Assembly: GCA_002269645.1 (NCBI GenBank)
Contig: NIVC01001048.1
Coordinates: 1 to 64,000, forward strand
DNA length: 64,000 nucleotides
Origin: Macrostomum lignano
Lineage: Eukaryota
Direction of reading: 5' to 3'
Made by a program: the position numbers and the translations under genes. Within the stretch, counting starts at the first letter, position 1, and each line of letters starts with the position of its first letter. Below are positions 24,811-37,929 of the stretch, in pieces. The notes beneath the pieces are model-generated. The model was given only the letters and a program-made list of their open reading frames with translations, was not told the DNA's origin and did not search any database.

Positions 24811-25371
24811 GCGGCGTCGCCGAGGACTTGCCTGGGCTGCCTTTCGTTCTATAAGGTCAAGTCCTGCAGTCCAAGGCCCTACCGGACCGCCAGAGGGCGG
24901 CGCTGTTCCAGACGGTGATCAAAACCATCCTGTTATACAATGCCGAGACCTGGACACTGACAGACTCGCTCGAGGCTCAAGTTGATGCGGCGCACGCTGG
25001 CCTGCTGCACGCCGCCTTCAAGATTGGCAACGAGCGAGTCACCAACATGGCGCTCTATCATCGCGCCGGCCTGGCCCATCCTAGCGATCTGCTGCGCTGT
25101 TGGCGACTCCAGCTAGCAGGCCACATCATCTGCGCCAAGGCCTACTGTCCGGAGACAGTGCAGGAGGTGTTGCTACTTACGTTGCAGGCACCCTACCGGC
25201 AGGGACAGGCGAGGACTCAGCGCTACGTCGACTGTCTGCTGGCTGACGCTGGCGCCCCGGACTCTGCCGGTGGTGTGGCCTTTGTTCGCGCCCAAGCTTC
25301 GAAGCGAGCCATCTGACACTGCTTTTTGCGAACCAGCAGCATACTCTGTTGTTGTTGTTGTTGTTGTTGTT
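24811..25371 (+). mobile_element. 5'-truncated RTE-like LINE, (GTT)n tail
   Basis: RRRGLAWAAF...IKTILLYNAETWTLT...RLQLAGHII...RYVDCL...KRAI*; homologous to 6338-6679. Confidence 0.85.
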
Positions 25372-27222
25372 TATAATTAGGGCCTATATTGACATATTTC
25401 CAAATATGGTATTAATAGGATTTATTAAGTGCCTACTAGGCCTAGGCAAAAAAAGTCATGGTATAAATAATATTATTAGACCTATTACTAATTACTACTA
25501 CTTAGTATTAGGCCTATTTCAAATAGAAATAATGAAAAACTACAGAAACCAAGCATGATAGATAGGCCTAATCTCTAGCCTATATATCTGGTAATTTTTT
25601 TGATTGAATTTAAGTGTAAAATATTAAAAATTGCAGCTAAATAAGTGTGTAGGGCCCCTCCCAATTTCTTTATAAAATAGTCACCATTTAGTCAATTTGA
25701 ATTCATGCCAAAAACTAAGAAACATATTTTGTTTTAATACTCGTATTTTCTATAATATTTTGCGCTAACGAATTTTTGTTTAAAACTGTAGCAAATTTTA
25801 GTATAAATAGAAGCGATTTCAGCAGAGGAAAGACCAACCTCGTGCATCATGGTTCACTAACGAAACAGTTATAGCGAAGAATAGTAGTTCCGAGAAAAAT
25901 ATAATTGAAGAAGTGTTTCCCTGTGTTAATTCCTTTTTAAGAAGTAAGAGTGAAATAGACGGAAGTGTGTACCATATATACTACTGAGAAGGAAAGTATT
26001 GAGTAGTAAGAAAATTACGAAGTAGATCTGAAGTAATACAAGTAAGAATAATGGAGGCTGTGACCCTCTGATCTCGGTAATGCCCAAGGACTTGCAATTG
26101 CAAAGTACATGAAATACAAATACCAGTAAGCCAAAATACCGCTCAGGCCAAATTATTAAGTAGAAGGCTACCAGAATAACAGAAACGCTACCAGAATAAC
26201 AGAAGAGTAAAATCTTTAAGGGCTAACAGTTTTCTAAGAATAATACTCAGACTAAATACTCAGACTAAATACTCAGACCTATTCTAAGAAACCTTTATTG
26301 GATTATTCTAAGATTGATAAACTTCCAATTTATTAATGGAATAATCCTGGTGGCAGCTACCAACTTAACAAGAACAATTAAAGATTAGTGTAAGAAGTTT
26401 AGCCCTGTAACAACTTTGGTGTCAGCAGTAGAGATTTAAATAGAGAGAACAATAACCACTGTTACATAAGTAATATTAATTTAAAGTTCTATTCTTCAGC
26501 TATTTCTAGAGATAATTGCAAAGATTTTTTTGAGGACAGAATTTGTCTCAAAACAGCCCTCTTTGACTTTTTCTTTAGCTATGACTAGATTTGGCCCGCC
26601 TAGTCGCTTACAGTGAGTTTTATATTATAGGCCCTAATTAGGGCTAATTTTATTGATTAGCCTTATTGATTATGAATATTGATTAGGACCAGGGGGCAGG
26701 GCAGCCTGGGCCTAATTGTTAATGTTATTATAAGTAGCTATTCAGTACAGCGAACTTTCAAAAAAATTAGAGATAGGATTGAAAATTTATAATTTATGAC
26801 ACTGTGCGCTTATATTCGTTTAATATTACTATTAATATCTACCGATAACTCAGTCTACACAGACATGAACGATCAATGATGATGAAGATTCATGATAAAT
26901 ATCGATTATATTTTTGCCAGTTAAAAAATAACGTTGATATAGTGCTCTTGTTTAAACAAATATATTGCTTGTGAAAGTGAAAATTTGCAATCTTTTTTAT
27001 TTTATTAAAATTAAACGAAGTAAAAGTTTTTATTTTTGTGTTTAAGTCAGTATATTGTAAAATAATAAAATTGCTATAGCAAATGGCAAATAGTAGTTTT
27101 TTAATATAAATAAGCGTTGTAAAATAATTGGATTTATGAGGAGATTTTAGAGTAACCAAAGTCAAAATTAGGCACTGCTCATTTGCTTAATCACAAAATA
27201 AGACCAAAATATTTTAGTTAAA

Positions 27223-28149
27223 ATGCAGAGAGAGTGCGCAAAAGAAAACCCAGTTCACAACTTTACAGACCTGTCACGTAATCACCAGGAAGCATTGCAT
27301 CGAAGAAGGTTTTTGGAGCGGAAAAGGGATGCAATCGGAAATGTACGACCTATTTTTCGTTGTTGACTTTTGTATTGATGCCAATCTTTCTGCTTTTTAA
27401 GCAAATTAAGTTTGCTTCTTTGTCGCTTCAGTTTAAATTAAATGAGCTTTAATTACTGCCCTTTCATACTGATATCTGAATAAAACGCCATATAATCAAA
27501 AAACTTCTTGACTTTCAGAACGCTACCAGTGCTTCGAGGGATTTGCCTGTCTATGAGCCAAAAGAGTGAGTAAAGCATACAAGCACAATTTTACACATTG
27601 CATGAATAGTTATTGGATAAAGTGCATTATTGAACTGCTATATAATTTCTAGATATTTTTTCATCTTGAGCTAAGTATTGGTTGGCATTGGCACCTCAAT
27701 TTAGTACAGTCTCGATGTATAACTGTTTGAAACATTAATTCGTTTGTATTCCTGAAAAAACTATGAATTTTCTCGAGGGAGAACTGAAATTATAAAGATT
27801 TCAAACACATACATTTGGCTTCTCAAGAGATTACTACCACAGCTTCCTTGGCTTCAGAAATTCTGTTGAGTACTGCACATACATGTTACCTAGATATCCG
27901 GCAACTCCTAACTGGTTAAACTGAATCGCTTCCAGATCAGACGAAATCGACGCTGCCCCAGTGCCGCAGGTCTACGGCTGGAAGCACGGCGAAAAAATCC
28001 GTCACAGAAAGCTGGACAATCAGCCCAGAGACCAAATGACGCGGCTGATCAAGCTAACGGATGCTCAGCTTCAGAACAGCAGCTCATCGGCTGTGAGCAC
28101 ACCAAAGACAGAAAACGGGCGTACAAGGAAGAAGCATTTTAAAGTGTAG
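27223..28149 (+). CDS. Probable 3-exon orphan gene, 126-aa basic protein
   Basis: Exons 27223-27342 (phase 0), 27519-27565 (ends phase 2), 27936-28149 (starts phase 2). All junctions GT-AG; spliced frame open from ATG to TAG. No recognisable domain. Confidence 0.5.
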
Positions 28150-29127
28150 AAGTCGCGCTAAAATTCAAAGCAAACGTGTCTGGCGAGATAGGAAATTAAG
28201 TCACGTGACCCGATAGTTTCCCTCGTGCGTCACTTTAACAGCGTCTCACAAAAATTATTGCTCAACAAACCAATCTCACCTGACAGCCGCTTTCACTATT
28301 TAATTATTCATAATCATTTTTATATAGCTGACTGCTTTTTAGTTTTCACGCTTTCAACCATTTTTGCTGTTGGAAAAATTCTGATGAAGATTTTTAGATT
28401 TGATTCGAGCTTTTTGTTCTTTTAGAGTTGCTTGCACTCTAGTTGTGCTAAATAAACTATTATAATAGTACTTTTGTTTTGATCGGAATGACCACAATAT
28501 GCGATTTTTATTTCATTTATTAGAAAGATAAATTGCCATATGCAAAAAGCTCTGTCTGTCTGGGTGCCGCATTGACATAAGTCTGCCGCGAGATTACATG
28601 TAAAAAGTGTCAGAACTTTCTGGACATCCTAATTCATACTTCTATTCAATCACGAATTGCAGTTTCACCTTGCAAATTGAAATAGTCTAAATTTCTGAAC
28701 TGTAAATTATTTAAACTTCGGGTTGAATACTAAATTAGATTGGTTGCATAAATAATTTACAATTCACGTTTACACCTGACGTTATTACCCCATTCGCATG
28801 TTTTGACTCACCTACTATGAGATCAGTCTAGCATTAGATTCAGACAAATTCAGAAGTATTTAAGAATTCTAAACCTTTGGTAGCACCCTACAGCGTCTAC
28901 AAAACTTATTCACAGAGAACTAAAGCTGCACATGCAGCTTTTGTGTTTCGGCCTTTTTAGCATTAAAGCTTCTAGGCCTCAGGCCTCAAAAATAAATCAA
29001 TTGGAATCCTGCCCCCCCCACTCCCTGTCAGATGGTCAGCCCCAAGCAGCTAGGTAGCCTGATCTGTGGGCGAGCAGTCTAGTGTAGAGTGCTTTACCTC
29101 CCGCAAAAGTCATAAAAACTGTTAACA

Positions 29128-32067
29128 CCCAGTGAAAAATGATTCATGGATTCCACGTGGGTTCCACGTGGCCATGTGGAATTTAAATGTTTCTTTAATT
29201 TTTGCAAATTAATGACTTAAAGATGACATAATGGTATGCAAAGTATTTTTTATGCACTATTTTTTAATTTTTACTGTCCCAATGTTGATGTGGATTTTAC
29301 AAGGAATTCATGAGAAATAAGCGTATATTGATTCAACATGGAATCCACTTCGATAAAAAAACTGTGATACACCACATTCAGACGTTTTTATGAAATTACT
29401 ATAATTAATTATTATATTTATATGCTTTTAAGTAGAAATTAATATCTTAAAGCTAAATTATAATCAGAAAATAAGATACTGTTTGTTAAAATAGACAAAA
29501 TAGAAGTGAACAATAAAAAACGTTTCGTGCTTTTTAAAATTAAATTTATTTTATTTTATATTCGCGCGTCAATGTCTTGGTTCAAGGCCTTAAAAGATAA
29601 ATTGCCTTGTTTATGGCTATTTAAGCACCTTAAAAATTTTAGTAGACGTAGCCTATAGGCAATAACTTATAAGGCCATGGCCTCCATGGGATTAGAAATT
29701 AGATAAATCAGTATTTCATCATAGATAGGCCTAATACTTTTGGTAAAATCCATCCATGATAAATTTATTTAGGCTTATCCAATTTCTAGGAATCCCATGG
29801 CCATGTCCATAGATTGGCTACTCATTTTTTAAACTTAAATAGGCCTTTAGAAGTTCATAATTTCCTCTTAGTCCTACCTATTAGTCTTATCTATTTATGT
29901 ATGCTTATTAGGCCTATTTTAAGCTAGGCCTAGGCCTATAACTATCAATTTAGAGGTCCTTCTATTTTAATTAAGGTTAAGACTAGCTTGACTTTGTGAA
30001 TTGTGACTAGTCAATCTAGTTAATCTGTTAAAAATCTATTCATTTATGATTTTCTTCAAAAAAGCCTGTTACTGTTAGCATCTTTTAGACTTGTTGCATT
30101 TTTAAAAACAATATTATTAATCATTATAAATATTTAAATAATTCTTTGCAATTACACTTGCAACCTGTTTTTGGCATAGCTAGCCTAGCAGATCCCTAAG
30201 GTTGCTATTATAAATAAATAATGATTATTGTAAATTTGATCTGATTTAGGCCAAGTCCAGAATTTAATAGCTATAGGGCATAGCTTTTAAGATTAGGCCT
30301 AATGTTTAATCATACTATTTTTTTTATTAGAGGCAGGGGGTTGTGTACACCCTGGCACACTTTAAGCGACATAGGCATACAACTGGCGAGAGGCATTGCT
30401 GCCCATTCCACTAACTCCCTTGAGCAGGCACACAAGCGTGCAGATACGTATGCAGGCACACTTACACAGGAGTGTACAGTGGCCCTAACTTTATTTATTG
30501 TTAGGCATGTATACTTCACTATGCCTTGGGGGTTGGCTCTCAAGGCCATTAATTGCACAAACAGAGAGCCAAGCCAAGATTCCAATTTAGCCCCAAATTA
30601 ATGTGACTGCACTTAGAATCAAGCCTAGGTTGCTGGCACACCAAAGCAGCTATGCTACCGCTTGGCTACAGCCCCCCTTTTAATCATAATAGGCCCGCAA
30701 ATATAAAAAAAACATGCATTGCTTTGCCTAAATACTTTATAGTCTAAAATCAATTTTAAAATAAAAAATTAAATTTATAGAAACATATATTAATTTTTTG
30801 TACTTATTATTTTAATTTTAATAATTTAATTTTATTGATTGACTTGGGTAGGGTTTTCTTTTTTGCTAGAGACAAGGTGCAAAATCATACCCTATGCTCA
30901 CTTTTAGGGTTTTATGATTTTAAGGCTTAGAATGCAGTTTCTCTTTTTTCTTAGGCCTATATAAAGGCAGTGCAAAAAAGGCTTCAACAGGAAAATAGGT
31001 AATGAGATCACACCTAAACTGTATCATCAACTTTTTAATTTCAATTTTCAAGGTGCAATTTTTAAATTTAGGGTGCATATGCACACTTTGCGCTTAAAAA
31101 ATAAACCTAGGACTTAGGCCTAGTTAATTTTAAAATAAACTTTATTTTATTTTATAAGTATTTATCATTAAATTAGTTTTATGAATTATATCAATATTAT
31201 TTATCAATCTTAATTGGCAACAATTATTTTTCTATTTCATGCATGCCTAACATTACATGACCCATCCTCAAACTTGGATGTCACCTTGGTCTTGCATTTG
31301 AAGAAGCTTGCAAAGCTACTTGGAATTTGAATTTAATATCTCAAATGCTACCTTTTGTGAAGCAATGGTAAGTTTTAGTTATAAACTTATTTTTTTCTGT
31401 CATCAAAATCTATCAAAATCTATTACAAAATCTGTCATCAATCTGTTATAAAACTCTGTAATTTAACCCCTTTCTTTTCTAAGGTTGCTCACCTGACCTG
31501 AAGAAGCAGCATTCTGGCAATTGGCAGCAGCATGTTTCTGACTGTTCTAATTCTGATGCATTATATTATTGTTAATTAATGCTATTGACAATGTCAATTT
31601 CAAATTATATATTATATCATATGCGCAGTGCAACTCTAAAGATATCAATATTTACATCAGTGTGTTTATTCTTTGTGTGCCAGTGACTCACTACTGTACA
31701 TAAATACACCTTACATCGTTTTTGAATTTTGAATTTTGAATTTTTGTGCAGAAATATTTTTGGCTATAGCTAGTGTTTTATCTGTGTTTCAGTTTCTTTT
31801 ATATGGTATTGAGATCTGGGGTTCGTATGAAATTTTGAGATCTGGTATTATTTTGAGATTTAGGATGCAACAATTTATTATGGCAACCAGTATAATGGCT
31901 GCTTATTCAATGACAATGTGGATTCTATGTGAAATACATAATTACTTCCATATGGATCTTCCATGTGGAATCCATATCTTGATTCCACATGGATGGACGG
32001 AGACAAATGCACATATGGATTTCATATGAAAAATCCACATGGAATCCATATCATTTTTTTCACTGGG
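29128..32067. mobile_element. Non-autonomous TIR DNA transposon (CMC/EnSpm-like), ~2.9 kb
   Basis: TIR cccagtgaaaaa..tga / tca..tttttcactggg; 2-bp flanking duplication ca; subterminal ggattccac/ggaatcca repeats at both ends. Confidence 0.7.
30318..30676 (-). mobile_element. Full-length tRNA-SINE family A, heavily C->T decayed
   Basis: Reverse complement aligns end to end with 41585-41949. Confidence 0.9.
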
Positions 32068-35000
32068 CATACTACTTATAAGTTTCATTCAGTAGTATAT
32101 TAAGTAGGATGTATAATAATAAGTACTGAATCACAGATATTTTAATCAACCAATCACAAGAAAGAAAAGTCGAGCATGTTTATTTTTAGCAACCGACCAA
32201 TCACGTGCGACCTACAATTGTCAAGGTAAACCCCACCTGTGATTTATTTTCGGCATGCACGCGGATGAACCAATCAAAGGTAACGAAAAATAACCCATCG
32301 CGAGTAAAAAAACCACAAATCTGGGGGTCAGAACGGGGTTGAAAACGTTCCTCCCAGACTTAGTGTCGCCTGTCTAGACTGTTGGAGGTCAATCCATCTC
32401 AAACCCAGACAGTCTGACCTTCAAAGGTGCGTAAACAATCCCAAAATTAGAACCCTAAGAGAAGTACATTGAGTTTCTAACATAACTGATAGTTGCTGGC
32501 ATAAATTAGTTTAGAACTTAGCCTAGATGAGAGAGAATGGAGATAAATTCCTAAGCGAGCCTACTGACAGTAGGGGAAAAGCGCGTCGAAGCAAAATGCG
32601 CGGTTCTAAGATTGAAAAAAGGTTATAAAACAATTAGAATAGTACGTTTCAGCTTGCTATAACTTTAAAGATTATATTTCATTTTTTTACCTTTGTACTC
32701 GTAGGCTAGTCTCGTAGAATCAGGGCCGAATTTGGCCAAAATTCCAAATACTGTCAACAGGTATCTGGTAATAGAATTTTGCGTCCCGTTTAATTCTATG
32801 CATCATTTCACCTGATACACACAGTGTCAGAACTTAAATTTAACTATAAGTTTAAGACACGGCTCGTGACTTACTTGACTTAGCTGCAGGGGGTTGACGA
32901 GCAGCTAGTGCTGCAGTGTCGCGCAAGAAGGTCCGGCGGGCAAGGTCCAAAAGAAAAGGTTGCATAAATAGGCAAGTTCTAAAGGCAAGAAAATTGAACT
33001 TAAAATTGAAGATTTAAGCCGCTAAAGGTAAGTTAAACATTTTTATTCGATCTGACTGGGCCGAAATACATGTTTCGAATATACTTGTACAGTGTATATG
33101 CATCTGGTATAGCATTTTGCGATCCCGTTAAAGTTTATGGTCATTTCACCAGATTCACATTAGCAGTATGCAACAACGCGGCTCATTTGCACCTGCGCAT
33201 TCATGAGGTTCCCCAGGCTTTAAATTCGGACCCTCCTCAGCCTGGTTTTCGTCAAAGATTTGATTTTATTGCATTCTCCTCTCACTGTTCTCATTTACCC
33301 AGTCAGTCCCGAACATTGTATGTTATTGATTCAGTTCTCGTCCAAAACCCAGACCACTGAGTCTGCTCTGAGGCTAACACCGCCCTCCGAACCAACACTC
33401 ATTGAGATCGGCAGGATCTGCTGAGGTTGCTCGTCTTGATTCATTCCGTTCTAACGGGAACCGAGCATCTCATCCACCCGACGGGACAATCACAACAGCG
33501 CAGCCAACAGAGCATTTCCTGGGCTTAGCAAAAAGTACAACATGCCTGTACAACAAGAAGATAGTAGAATGATATTCCAAATATCCCAGAAATATCCCAG
33601 AATGATATCCCAGAAGAAGGCATCGCGAGGCCTGATTTTTTGTCTTTTAAGTAGAACTTAAGGACCAATAGAAGTTAAGCGTTAGGCTTGCGTTTAATGG
33701 CTTTCCAGTTTTCCAAAGTTTCCCAAAATAAAGCGAAAACTTCACTTCTTTAGACTCACGATAAAGCTCTAAACAAAATAAAATACGAGCGCTCGTACGC
33801 GCCTTCAATTTCTTTATTCTAAGCGTTAATTTTTCGTAGCTACTTTTGTCGTAGTTCTAATTCCATTCGCTATATTTCGTTATAGTAGGTCGTGTCTTAT
33901 GGCTAGAACGTGCACTGTTTTTGTACGTATAGATTAAGAACTTCGAAAATGGTGGATTACAATCCATAATCTTAAATTTCGTTGCGTTTACTCGTATTGT
34001 AAACACGTCTGAAGCTTAATTTCTGTACAGAAGTGGTAGGTCGATCGCCTAATCGGCCTGGAAAAAATGAACAATTGCCTGAGTAGGAGCTTATAGACAG
34101 GCTTACATGTAGATAAAAACAGATCAGTAGGCTGGCGATAGTTTATCAATCAACACCACACAGACGGAAACATGCAGGCAACCTTCTAAAAAAATCCTTT
34201 AAAGTCATATTCATATTCAAAAGTTGATGGTAGGTGCAGGTGAGACGGATTCTTAATTTACGGTTTTCAGAATTTCTGAAATTATGTTTGTTACCCTTTT
34301 TAGTTAATTTTTGTAAGCAGATTTCGTGAATATTAACTGATAGAAGTTTCTCACGTAGTTATAAAAAGTGAGAGCCCCCAAAGCCGCGGTCTTAACCCGA
34401 TATATTGTAACTAATATATATTTATGTAGACAATTATACAATAGCTTAAGAAGTTATCAGCACTCATTTTTTGCACCTTGCTGATCATTTGTGGCACCTT
34501 GATGGTCACTTTGGCACCTCAAAGCCTGCAAGAGGCTGATTTTTTTCAGCAGCTAATTTGGGCTGCACGTGCCTTGATGCATTCATACTATACAGAATAA
34601 AACATTCCATTCGCAGGTACATCAAGCGATTTTGTGCTAAGAATTCTGCCGAATCGACCGGGGCAGGAATTGAAAAAGAGACGGATGATGCAGGAAAGCC
34701 CGATAGAGGGTGCGTCGCGTACTTTTGCATTTAGTTAGGATTGCTCTTAAATACAATTAAAACAATTTTTATGCTTGGTTTATTGGTTTTGTATATCTCC
34801 TTACTCGCACATTTAACATTGTTTAACCCGAGATAATCTCCTAAACTTTATTGGTGAAAAATCTTGATTAAGGCCCTTTATTCACGATTGCCTATGTATA
34901 TAATATGAAAAGAAAAAAAACATTCTAAAAGCAGTTGTTGCATTCTTGTTGCTAGAAGACCTACATTGACAATGAAATTTTGATGATGATGTTCCATGAG

Positions 35001-35196
35001 ATTGCGATGCAGTTATCTGAAATATTCGAATTGTAACCCAGGTAGCTCTTCAGTTCAGGCTTCTTGCGTTAAAAAAGATTTTGAATGGCTGCAAATTGTC
35101 TGCAAATTTTAAATAGGATTTTTATAACTGATGATGAAGACTAAGAATTTTAAATCTACATTGTACAACAGCCCAACCACTCAAACCAATAGATCC

Positions 35197-37852
35197 ATGC
35201 TCAAACCTGAAAACATGTCACTGCAGTTACGAATCAAAGCAGCAGTTTGTGAATTTTTGAGAATTATCAGAAGTAAGGATTTTTTATGACAATGTCTATA
35301 AAATGTTTACTTTTGACATGAAATTCCTACATCCATCTACTCTGTATATTTTGCATTCCTGCAGGGGCTTTGGAGACTGGTTCATTTATCACTGCAGTGA
35401 GTGAATCAAAACCTCTCATACCGAAAAATAATGTAAGTCGTAATACCCGCTTGTCTGTCGCTTTAATGATCATATGAGCCGTGGAATAAAGTAGACTGTT
35501 CTGCACTTGACTAGACGCTTGGATAAGTAGTAACTGTATTCTAAATTTATATGTATCTACACCATGCAAGATATAGGATCTAAAGCAAAGTGTTACTAAG
35601 CTATTTATAAAGTAGTTAAAAAGTATTTTACTTAAGAGACTATATAGCAACAATTGTTTATCTTTCCTTTATATTCTTTCCTTCATCCTATTCATCCGTA
35701 GGCTACAAGCGATCAACTAATTTTGGAAGCTGGCACACCTGTGGCTTTTCGCAGCCGATTCAGCTACGATTACGCAATTTTAGCCAAAGAGTTCAAGCCG
35801 GAAACGAACAGAAACAGCGATTGTTACCATAAGGTGGAAGTGATATCCTACATATCCGACTGGACGTGGATACAAACACTTTGTAGCAATGGAATCATCA
35901 TCTGGCTTCTGAAATTTCTGGCGACCCTCTTTGGTTACGAGCCAGCAGTTATCACTCGGAGGACTCTTTGGCTGGACCCTGGACACAGGTCGCTGTACAA
36001 GCTGACATACACTGGCAGAAACGGAGTGAAGGTGCTGCCTTCAGAAGAGGTGCTCAAACGGGCGGTTTCTCGCATTGGAGAACGTAGTTACGACTCAAGA
36101 TGGAACAACTCGCAGGATTTCGTCCGCTGGTGCTGCACAAAGCACTGCGACAACAGGAAGTACTTTGAAATTCCTTTTAAATCGTTAAATCAACTGAAGC
36201 AGCAGAGCTATTCGTTCGATTTGTTCGAAACAAGGACAGGAAAAAAAGTCAGCCCCTTCGACGCTCGATTCGTTCGAATCGACAAACACATTTTGGCCAA
36301 AGTGCAGAAGTTTGGGGAGCTCTCTGAAGATAAAATTGACAATTTCCTGTCTTTAGAAGTTTCATCCTACAGTATGATGAAGAATTCCGCAAAAACAAGT
36401 TACTTTTTCACAGTTCAAAAAGATGTAGAGATAAAATCAGCTGATGTGATCAGGAGCTTCGGATCAACAGCGATCCCCATTGGTATTGCCAAGGAATTCT
36501 TGGAAGAAAAGACCGAAAAACTCATTGGCAAGTCAATCTGGGTGAACAGCCATGGCAAAGATATTCAAAGTAAAATATTTTGCGACTGGCTGCGAAAGTC
36601 TACGGTTCGAACACTGGATGACTTAGAGCTGCTGCCTCTGGCTGGCGGATGTTGTCGTGCTAGCTGCTGCGGCTACGATTGCTACAGTAAACTTCTTCAG
36701 TGCTGCCGTTACATTTACAGTAAACTTCTTCAGTGCTGCTGTTACATTTACAGTAAACTTCTTCAGTGCTGCTGTTACATTTACAGTAAACTTCTTCAGT
36801 GCTGCTGTTACATTTACAGTAAACTTCTTCAGTGCTGCTGTTGCAAACGCAGGCAGCCACAAGACTGCACTGAAAACAGAAAATTTAACGTTGGTGAGCA
36901 CGTTGAAGTTCTATCGGAGAATGAAGATCCATTCCATTTGATCATTACTGATCATATTGCTGATCAAAATCGTTACAAAGGCATATCTTATAAGCCTCAA
37001 ACCCAAGAAGTTCCAGAAGGAGCCAGAAAAACACTCGAAGTCATCGTGTCTGCTGACCAAGTGGAGCTGCTGTCATTCAACGACGAAAACGCCGATCTTA
37101 CAAACGCGAAGCAGAAGTTTGCCGAAATAGACAACTTGGATTGGTGGTGGGACATATTGTGGACCAGTTTTCAATTTATTTTCTTTGTTCTGTCGCGGAT
37201 TAAGATCATTAGAAGTTTGGCAGTCGCCACTCCGCTGTTCAAACACGATAAGTGCACAGTTAGACGTCTCTTCGACAATGATATTTGCTTCGAAATTTGC
37301 CGCAAGGATTGCGACTGTCCGTGGGAGCTGTTAATCATAATAATTTACGCTTCTTTCGTCTTAGGTTGCTTAATTCTCATTCTTGTGCTACATTGCTGCG
37401 AAACAAAGTTATTCAAATTTTGCTGCCACAAACCTCTTGCTATTACCCGCAAGCGCTTAAGTTGGAATTCGGCCGAAATTCTATTCGACTACTTTAGCAC
37501 CGTTGGCCTGATATGTTTTGAACTTTGGATTCGGGAAGCCATTAATCCGCCAGACATTTTCGACAACACCGCTTCATCAATCATCACAGTGGCTGTCACC
37601 ATTTGCTCGTTTTTACTTAAATTCTTTGTTCCAAGATGGCTTCTCTGCTGCCCCAGTCGGGATGTGGCTTACTGCACGCACTGCTGCCTCGGCTGCTGGT
37701 GCTCCGGTGGCGGTAGCCTCAACAGCAGAATCGATCAGCAGCAGGTGGAAGAGTCTGCAGTCGTCATTGATGAAGTTGCTATAAATAGGTCGATCAGCTA
37801 CAAAGCTTTAACTGAAGAGAGGATAGTAAATGAAGCTGTGGTAAACGCTTAA
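35197..37852 (+). CDS. LRAT/PLAAT (permuted NlpC/P60)-like domain + Cys-rich repeat + multi-TM protein, 764 aa, 3 exons
   Basis: Exons 35197-35272 (phase 1), 35365-35432 (phase 0), 35702-37852 splice in frame. EEVLKRAVSRIGERSYDSRWNNSQDFVRWC matches the LRAT-family EIVxRAxxxIG..YxLxxNNCEHFxxWC signature. About four hydrophobic helices in the C-terminal third. Further upstream exons are possible. Confidence 0.75.
36676..36841 (+). repeat. 33-bp coding minisatellite (CCCYIYSKLLQ) x5
   Basis: gttacatttacagtaaacttcttcagtgctgct repeated in frame. Confidence 0.95.
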
Positions 37853-37929
37853 GCCCTTTTTAATACTTGTTCGTTTAGATTTTTTATTAATTAGCAATTC
37901 ATTTTTTGCTACTCGGCACAAGCCACTAA

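Noticed and set aside
32140-32290. Cluster of CCAAT boxes and possible non-coding exons to 34620 as promoter of the LRAT-like gene
   Set aside because: Plausible, but cannot be supported without transcript data.
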